Shown here: positions 56,291 to 64,000 of the stretch, piece by piece | Position numbering within the stretch: position 1 is the first letter of the stretch | Layout: each line of letters begins with the position of its first letter | Source: Octopus sinensis | Taxonomy: Eukaryota | Direction: 5' to 3' | DNA length: 64,000 bases | Assembly (NCBI RefSeq): GCF_006345805.1 | Contig: NC_043004.1 | Coordinates: forward strand, 35,216,001 to 35,280,000 | The notes under the pieces: generated by a model | Seen by the model: only the letters and a program-made list of their open reading frames with translations | What the model was told of the DNA's origin: nothing | The model's database searches: none | Made by a program: the position numbers and the translations under genes

Positions 56291-57260
56291 CTCTCTCTCT
56301 CTCTCTCTCTTATTCTCCTTGTCCTGTCTTTTACTGTTTTTATTTGTATTGGTTTTACTGTCTTGTTTTGTTTTACTGTCCTGTTCTTGTTACCACTTTT
56401 AACCTTCCATAGAAAATCCCAAATTTTATTTAATTTGCTTTGCGGGAAGGACTGCTTCAATGAAGTTGCGTCTTGTCTCTAACTTCCTAACGCGGAGTAG
56501 CCAAAACAGGACAACTGAAGAAGGGATATATTCCTTGTGTTGTATGTCTTGTACTCTGATTTTTTGTTGTTTGAAAAAAAGTCCGTTTCCATGTTTTTTG
56601 TTTTTATGTTTTCATTTCTCATTGTGTCCAACGTGTTTTTTGTGTCCTGTACCCATATATGCATGTATATATACATATAGATGTAGGTATGTACATATAT
56701 GTATCTATATATGCATATGTTTATATATTATTTTGTTATATATATATATATGCACTTTTATTTTGATTTTTCATTTTGAGATAATTGAATATTAATTTCT
56801 TTGATGAAGTTACAATCTAATTAATTTCAAAAATCCAAAACAACTGATAATTCTTCAATATTAATTAGTAAAAGTAAAACTAGTAACAGAAAGATCTTAA
56901 TATAAATCTGAAAAAGATATTAAAAACTATTCCTGTTAATTGGCAGCTGAGGCCCTGATTGGGTTGATGAATATTCTTAGATTTCTTACGTTAGTCACAG
57001 ACTACTTCTACTTCCTCAGCTTGTGCCACATTTACCATTTTACCATTAGACTCGAATTTGGAGGTTTGGAGGATTCCCCACAACCGATCAGTGACACCAC
57101 TCGAAATATCTGAAAATTCACAAATTCCTTTCATTGTAGGAGGATAAGTTCAACTTCAACGGCTAAAGCAAGCATTATTTCCTCCTCCTCCTCCTCCTAC
57201 AACAACAACAGCAGCATCATTATCATCATCATCATCAAGCCAACGAAGGAAGTTCTATTA

Positions 57261-57660
57261 AGGTGGCGAGCTGGCAGAAATGTTAGCATGCCGGGCGAAA
57301 TGTGTAACCGTATTTCATCTGCCGTTACGTTCTCAGTTCAAATTCTGCCGAGGTCGACTTTGCTTTTCATCCTTTCAGGGTCGATAAATTAAGTACCAGT
57401 TATGCACTGGGGTCGATGTAATCGACTTAATCCGTTTGTCTGTCCTTGCTTGTCCTCTCTGTGTTTAACCCCTTGTGGGTAGTAAAGAAATAGAAATAGA
57501 TATTTCGTCCGCCGTTACGTTCTAAGTTCAAATTCTGCCAAGGTTGACTTTGCCTTTCATCCTTTGGGTGTCGATAAACTAAGTACCAGTTGCATACTGG
57601 GGTTGATCTAATGAACTGTCCCCCTCCCCAAAATTTTCGGGTCTTTTACCTAGAGTAGAA
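57261..57660 (+). mobile_element. Tandem SINE family S2 copies
   Basis: Full copy 57261-57492 followed by a 5'-truncated copy with the alternative tail. Confidence 0.85.
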
Positions 57661-58168
57661 GAGAATGAAAGAGCCTTTATGTGGTTGTGCAACATGCCAG
57701 AAATGGTAGTCAAATTTTCTGAAACTATACCCATCCATAGATTTTGAAAATAAAACAGCTCATTGGCTAATCTTGCTGGATGAATTTTCTGAAAATAAGA
57801 TGGAATGCTCACAACTAGAATAATTGGCCTGACCTGGTGCTAATATTCCAGTAGATTATTGGCACATAAGAGTTGTGAGATCTTCTATAGCTAATTCTGC
57901 TGACAAGTTCCAGATTTGTTGCCTCTCCCAAAATCTTGAATTCAGATCTCGCAGGAGTATATTTTACTTTCCATCCCCAGTTGACAAAGGAATGAATAAT
58001 AAGGGTTTCAGATTTTGGCACAAGGCCAGCAATTTCAAGGAGGATTTAAGTTGATTATATCAATCCCAGCATTCAACTGGTACTTATTCAGTTCTATGTT
58101 TAAGAGATAAAAAATTATGTACATTTATTTACAATTGACGGATATTTGTCCTCATCTTGTTTGTTGTT

Positions 58169-58216
58169 AACACAACATTTCGGCTGATATACTCTCCAGC
58201 CTTCATCAGGTGTCTT
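58169..58216 (-). ncRNA. Minimal type-I hammerhead in the Penelope terminal repeat (family A)
   Basis: Minus strand gacac-CTGATGA-a-GGCTG gagagtatat CAGCC-GAAAT-GTT-gtgtt. Confidence 0.8.
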
Positions 58217-58361
58217 GGTGAAATTTTGAACCTGGGTTCTCATTCCTAAGGTATTTTTCGATGTTGTTGTTGTTGTTATATTATTATTATTATTATCATT
58301 ATTATTATTATTACTATCATTATTATTATTATTATTATTATTATTGTTGTTGTTGTTGTTC

Positions 58362-58435
58362 AGATCACTGCCTGGAATCAAACTCAGAATCTTGGGGTTA
58401 GTAGCCTATGCTCTTAACCACTATACCAGATGCCC
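58362..58435 (-). promoter_or_regulatory. tRNA-like segment with Pol III A/B boxes inside the Penelope terminal repeat
   Basis: Family consensus tggcgtagtgg (A box), anticodon-like loop ctactaa, gagttcgattcc (B box); acceptor stem imperfect, so not called as a tRNA gene. Confidence 0.7.
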
Positions 58436-58464
58436 GTGGGCAATTATAGAGTGAATTTTAGGGC

Positions 58465-59690
58465 TTATAATTCCAATATTCTCCTATCCTTCCTTAATAC
58501 CGATTCCATATGCTGTTCATATCTACACTTGGTCTGCTTAGGAGGTTGTTGTGTCCTAGCATATGGGCTGCTTCTTTTAATTTTCATATTTTCTTGTGGT
58601 GTTCTCTGTCTATTATTTTAACTTCATCCCACAGGGGGAAGTGGTCTTCATTTTTCCATACATGATCAGCTATACCTGATTTATCAATATCTCCCCGTGT
58701 CACAGCTTTGTGATGTTCCTCTACCCTTATTTTGAGGGGGCGGCATGTTTTGCCTTTGTATAACCTACTACAGCTGCATGGGATAGAGTACACACAGTTC
58801 TTAGTTATATTCTCTTCTACTGGTGGTTTTATTCGAAGGAGATATTTGCAAAGTGTTGAATTACTTTTGAATACTGTCCTGATGTCATATGGGGCACATA
58901 TCTTTTGTATCTTTTCGGAGAGGCCTTTCACAGAGGGTAGACAGACTGTGGACAGTTTATCGATTTCATCCTCTCTTTTCTTCATAATTGGAGTGGAGAG
59001 TATGCTTTTGGGGTAGTTGTTGCTTAATAGATTGTTACTGAACTTGATCATTTCTTCGTGGTGGGTATCACGATTGTTACTTATATTCATTGCTCGATGT
59101 TTTAGGTGCTAAGCAATCCCTCACTTTACACTGTATGGATGGTGTGCATTGAGGTTGAGGTATCATCCAGTGAAGGTCGGCTTGCGGTATACGGATGTCC
59201 TGAATCCATACCTGGTGCGTGTTATTAATACATCCAGGAATGCTAGCTGTCTTTTTCCTTTTCTGTTGTGAACTATATGGATGGCTTTATTGAGTTCACA
59301 TGATCTAACAGCACTTGGACATCTTCCTGGTGGGGCCAGAGTATGAAGGTGTCATCAGCATATTGTAGCCATAGGGTTGGTTTTAGTGGTGTTGATCCTA
59401 AAGCCAAATTCTCAAAGCATTCCATGTGTATATTGGCTATTACTGGTGATAATGGTGAACCCATAGCTAAACCCTCTTGTTGTCAATATATATCAGTGTC
59501 CATACTGAAGTAGGTAGTTTCTACACAGAAGGTCAACATTTCCATCAAGTTTCTTATTAGTGTACTAGTGAATTCTTTTAGATAGGTATCTGTCACTAGT
59601 TTTTCTTGAATCACCGATAGTGCTTCACCAGTTGGGACTTTGGTGAACAGACTTATCACATCTAGACTCACCATCACGTTGGACTCAGTG
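58465..59690 (-). pseudogene. Penelope/Poseidon-type reverse transcriptase + GIY-YIG endonuclease, with stops and frameshifts
   Basis: VSLDVISLFTKVP, GLAMGSPLSPVIAN, YADDTF, FLDV, VYRKPT, then CVYSIPCSCSRLYKGKT..RVEEH..SGIADH. Confidence 0.92.
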
Positions 59691-59764
59691 GGAGTATCTT
59701 TGGTGTAGTGGTTAAGAGCACAGGCTACTAACCCCAAGATTCCGAGTTCAATTCCAGGCAGTAA

Positions 59765-59795
<31 letters not shown>

Positions 59796-60039
59796 GATTA
59801 ATAATAATAATAACATCGAAAAATACCTTAGGAATGAGAACCCAGGTTCAAAATTTCCCCAAGACACTTGATGAAGGCTGGAGCATATTCGCCATCTACT
59901 TCAATTACTGCTTCCCATTTGCTTGGCAGACGGTCAGACTGTCATTTAAAGATGTTTTTTGTTATATATTGTTGTTTTGGTTGAATAAAATTTGTTGTAA
60001 AAACCTGTAATAATAATGCACCAACCCAATATAATATTT

Positions 60040-60256
60040 GTTTCTTTATTGCCCACAGGAGGCTAAACATAGAGGAGACAAACAAGGACAGAGAAAGAGA
60101 TTAAGTTGATTACATCGACCCCAGTGCATAACTGCTACTTATTTAATTGACCCTGAAAGGATGAAAGGCAAAGTCAACCTCGGCGGAATTTGAACTCAGA
60201 ATGTAACTGCAAACAAAATACTGTTAAGTATTTCACCCAGCATGCTAACGATTCTG
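60040..60256 (-). mobile_element. SINE family S2
   Basis: Reverse-complement match. Confidence 0.85.
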
Positions 60257-61628
60257 AACGAATGCTGTCTTTTTTTCACCAGATAAGTACTTCCAATTAG
60301 ATTGTCTTTGCTTATGACATTAAATATATTAACACTATCTTAACAAGTTCAGAAGTTCTTCATTATGTTGTATCTTTGACCAAGATATCCACCTCGACTT
60401 GCTCCAGTTTGCCTGACTGAACCAAACAATGGATGCCGTTCTTATTTCATGGTTGAACAGTTAACAGCAGAAAAGCATCCAGCTGTAAAAACAATTATTC
60501 TAGCAAACAAACCAAACCACACATTTAAATATGGAAAAAATGGATATAAAATTGTATAAATTTAATTTAAAATATTAGCCACGTGAACTCTAAAATAAGT
60601 ACTGATCTCTGGTTGCCATGAAAAATATTTTCATGGTGTTTAGCTAATGAGAAGAATTCAAGTGAAGAGATTGTGAAATAAGAATAATGTATTCAAAGAT
60701 ATTTACATTCATTCGACATTTATTTTCTCTATCTGCCGGCTTCCTCATGCTGGTTTCACAATCATGTACAAAACTCAATATCTGTAACAAACTGAACCAA
60801 GTTCTTAATATAATCCAGTTTTGGTGAAGAGTCTTTGCTACTATACAACAACCTAAAAGCCATTAACAATCATCATCATCATCAGTATAATCCACATATC
60901 TCTCAATTACATCCTGATGCAGCTCAAGCCAAATGCCTGATCTATTTAATTTTACACAGTGGTTGCCTCTCCTATCAGAACTTTATCTTAATGACTGCAA
61001 GGGATCTATTTCCCTCAGAAACGTTAGCATACCTTTCCCTCAGAAACGTTAGCATGCCTTTCATCCTTTCGGGGTTGATAAATTAAGTACCAGTTACGCA
61101 CTGGGGTCGATGTAATTGGCTTAATCCCTTTGTCTGTCCTTGTTTGTCCCCTCTGTGTTTAGCCTCTTGTGGGTAGTAAAGAAATAGGTTTTACTTGATG
61201 GTTTGAAAGTATCACCCAACAAAAATTAACCAAACCTTTAACCATTACACACACAAACTAGTTGGAGTGATATTTATGTTAAATTTCAACAGTTTCACAT
61301 CAATTAATGCAGGAATATTGTAAGCAGGGTAGGAATTCCAGAGGGATCATGTTGAGGGGGAAAATGATTGTGAATAGCAATACTGAATGGGTGGCAAGAG
61401 GATGGGAGTTAAGTGCAAGCGATGAGGTTGGATGAGGATAATAAGCCAGTGTCAGGAGTAGAGGCCGTTGTGGTAGTTGTAGAAGAGGTCGAATAATGAC
61501 AAGACAAGAGGTCTGTTGGAGTAAAGATTGTTTGCCAACATAATATGGCAGTCCTGGTTTAGGACGAATGTTGCTGTAATTTAGCCCCAGGAGACATCAT
61601 CTCTAGCTGGCTATATGACATGATCTGT

Positions 61629-62176
61629 CATCATCATCATTGTCATTTAATGTCCGCTTTCCATGCTGGCATGGGTTGGACAGTTTGACTGAGGACTGGT
61701 GAGCAAGAAGACTGCACCAAGCTCAATCTGATCTGGCAAAGTTTCTACAGCTGGATGCCCTTCCTAATGCCAACCTCTCCGAGAGTGTAGTGGGTGCTTT
61801 TATGTGCCACCGGCACAAGGACCAGTCAGGCAGTTCTGGCAACGACCACGCTCAAAAGGTGTTTTTTATATGCCATCTGCACGGGAGCCAGTCTGACGGC
61901 ACTGGCAATGACCATGCTTGAATGTTGTTTTACATGTGCCAGTAAGGAGATGCTGGCAACAATCACACTCGAATGGTGCTTTTTATGTGCCACCAGCACA
62001 GGAGCCAATCTGTGGCCCTGGCAAAAATCATGCTCGGATGTGCTTTTAACATTCTACTGGTATGAGTACCAATCAGGAAGTACTGCCATCGGCCACATCA
62101 GCGATTTTGATTTGATTTGATTTCAATTGCCTCAATAGGTCTTCGCAAGCAAAGTTTATTGTCCAATGAGTGAGGG
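61629..62176 (-). mobile_element. Family S3 repeat with expanded internal ~50-bp units
   Basis: Several tandem ggtgcttttatgtgccac-type units; GAT tail on the minus strand. Confidence 0.85.
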
Positions 62177-62424
62177 GTGTCCTTATATTTTCAAACAAGG
62201 GATGTCTTCTGGGGCTAAATTACAGCAACATTCATCTTAAACCAGGACTGCCATGATATGTTGGCAAACAACCTTTACTCCAAAGTACTGTTGCTGAATA
62301 TCTCTCATTATGAGATTTACAAATAGTAATTTTCTAATTTATAGATCAGTGACTAGTTGTCACTTTGAAAACTATATATTTCAAACGGGTATTTGGCAGC
62401 GCCACCTGTAGCCAAACAATTATT

Positions 62425-62467
62425 CCGAGCTGATGAAGAGAAATAACCCAGAAATCGTGATACACAG
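62425..62467 (+). ncRNA. Degenerate type-I hammerhead (family B)
   Basis: ccgag-CTGATGA-a-gag aaataa ccc-a-GAAA-tcgtga-ta-cacag; core present, stems mismatched. Confidence 0.55.
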
Positions 62468-62859
62468 ATGTTGTTTTGAGCTGAGTGGGGGTGCTAGATT
62501 CCCTTGTTTGAAAATATAAGGACACAGATCATGACATATAGCCAGCTGGAGATGATGTCTCCTGGGGCTAAATTACAGCAACATTCGTCCTAAACCAGGA
62601 CTGCCATGATATATTGGCAAACAATCTTTACTCCACAGTACTGTTGCTGAATATCTCTCATTATGAGATTTACAAATAGTAATTTTCTAAGAGATCTGTT
62701 GATTGGAAATTTGTGTGTGTTGGTGAGTGACTCCTAACTCATCAACCAGATAGCTTTTTTGGCGGGGATTCAGTCAGGGATGCTTTAGTGTGTAGCAATA
62801 GTACTGTCCTAATTATGTAGTAACAACCAACTAGAGTCATTTAAATCTATTTATACGAT

Positions 62860-63123
62860 CTCGGTCATGGTGCCATGTAACAAACACTAGTGTAATTGCC
62901 ACATACTCATGCTGGTACCAAGTAAAAGAAACCAGTGCCAGTGACACATAAAAAGCACCCGGTAGACTCTGTGAAGTGGTTGCCATTAGGAAGGGCATCC
63001 AGCTGTAGAAACCATGCCAAATCATACAATGGAGCATGGTGCAATCCCCAGCCTTCCCAGCTTCAATCAAACTGTCCAACCCATGCCAACATGGAAGATG
63101 GACGTTAGATGATGATAATGATG
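62860..63123 (+). mobile_element. Family S3 repeat
   Basis: Conserved 3' end and GAT tail. Confidence 0.8.
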
Positions 63124-63831
63124 TTCAACTGCACCTCTTCATCTCTAGTCAAGTTATAATTTGAAATCAAGAGTTAATACAGAACAATTCACACGCAATA
63201 TAATAATTTTTGTCTCGTAATAAGACTTCTTGATCTCCACGAGATGAACAAGAGAACCACAGAAAGTTATAAGCTGCAAGAAAACAGAGCTTTGATCAAA
63301 GCAGATTTGAATTTTAATTAAATCTACTTTCATTTTATTGCTCTCTTCAGTTCGAAATACATTTAATAGATTTGTTCAATCAGGAGTTGAACTCCAAGCT
63401 TCATGATCAATAGTTACTTCAAATACTTAATGGCTGTTGTTTAGCTCCATGTGAGCAGATCTAGGATTAGCCAGTGATCTACATTGTCAAGTGTATCCTC
63501 CCAGTTTAAGATGCTTGAGTACAATTTGAATTCAGATGTGGCAACATTTTGTAGCAGGTCAGAGGAAAGGATTCCCCTTGGCTAAAATACCTACCCATTT
63601 CAGTTCTTTACTTGATTTTTGAGGTAGGATTTGAATCTAAGAATCATGGGTTCTGAAAATTGCTGATTTTTTTCTCTTTACCATGACAGGGTTCAAGAAA
63701 AATGAGAAGTTCCAATAAGACTAGAAACCAAACCTGGATGTTTGAAAGAGAAATCATACCTATAATTTAACTCAAGATTTTAAACAGGGTCTGTTCTTCT
63801 AAAGAGACTTAGGGTGTTAAACCATAAAATC

Positions 63832-64000
63832 CTTTCTACTCTAGACACAAGGCCCAAAATTTTTAGGGAGGGGACCAGTTGATTAGATTGACTCCAATAT
63901 GCAACTGGTACTTAATTTATTGACCCCAAAAGGATGAAAGGCAAAGTCGACCTTGGCGGAATTTGAACTCAGAATGTAAAGACAGATGAATACCACTAAG
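63832..64000 (-). mobile_element. SINE family S2, running off the window
   Basis: Reverse-complement match. Confidence 0.85.

Larger units (their letters stand above)
58091..59883 (-). mobile_element. 5'-truncated Penelope-like element with 3' terminal repeat and inverted 5' copy of it
   Basis: RT and GIY-YIG remnants at 58465-59690; terminal repeat 58091-58436 (minus); inverted partial copy 59701-59883 (plus). Confidence 0.9.
61518..62690 (+). mobile_element. Family B retrozyme-like insertion: inverted fragment + partial copy + full 353-bp unit
   Basis: Inverted arm 61518-61628 and 62177-62202 (split by S3), direct partial 62203-62337, full unit 62338-62690; TSD-like gaggtctgtt / gagatctgtt. 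Confidence 0.85.

Noticed and set aside
56508-56556. acaa-CTGAAGA-aggga tata ttcct...GTC-ttgt hammerhead-like motif
   Set aside because: Stems I and II look plausible but the essential GAAA is absent; at best a dead relic.
59701-59768. tRNA-Ser(ACT)-like sequence as a genuine tRNA gene
   Set aside because: Acceptor and T stems are imperfect, there is no long variable arm or oligo-T terminator, and it is always attached to the repeat body.
61790-62100. Regularly spaced short repeats resembling a CRISPR array
   Set aside because: The spacers are homologous to each other and it is the internal minisatellite of the S3 retroelement tail in a eukaryotic context.

Overview
AT-rich, repeat-saturated eukaryotic non-coding DNA. 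The SINE/microsatellite landscape suggests an octopus or other coleoid cephalopod (inference). It has one 100-N scaffold gap and no recognisable host protein-coding gene; nearly all listed ORFs are (TA/CA)n artefacts or transposon remnants. Content: several tRNA-derived SINE families, RTE 3' tails, 5'-truncated RLE retrotransposons (R4/Dong-like and HERO-like), Tc1/mariner, hAT and piggyBac-like non-autonomous elements, and a decayed Penelope-like element (RT + GIY-YIG). The main signal is an unusual density of minimal type-I hammerhead ribozyme (HHR) motifs in several unrelated short repeat families, most in Penelope-style inverted or tandem arrangements. One family forms the 3' terminal repeat of the Penelope element and has the layout tRNA-like Pol III head + (AAT)n + HHR. 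It also occurs as standalone SINE-like copies, suggesting a Penelope-mobilised, Pol III-driven ribozyme SINE. A second family looks like a ~350-nt non-LTR retrozyme with a covarying downstream structure. All calls were made by eye and boundaries are approximate.
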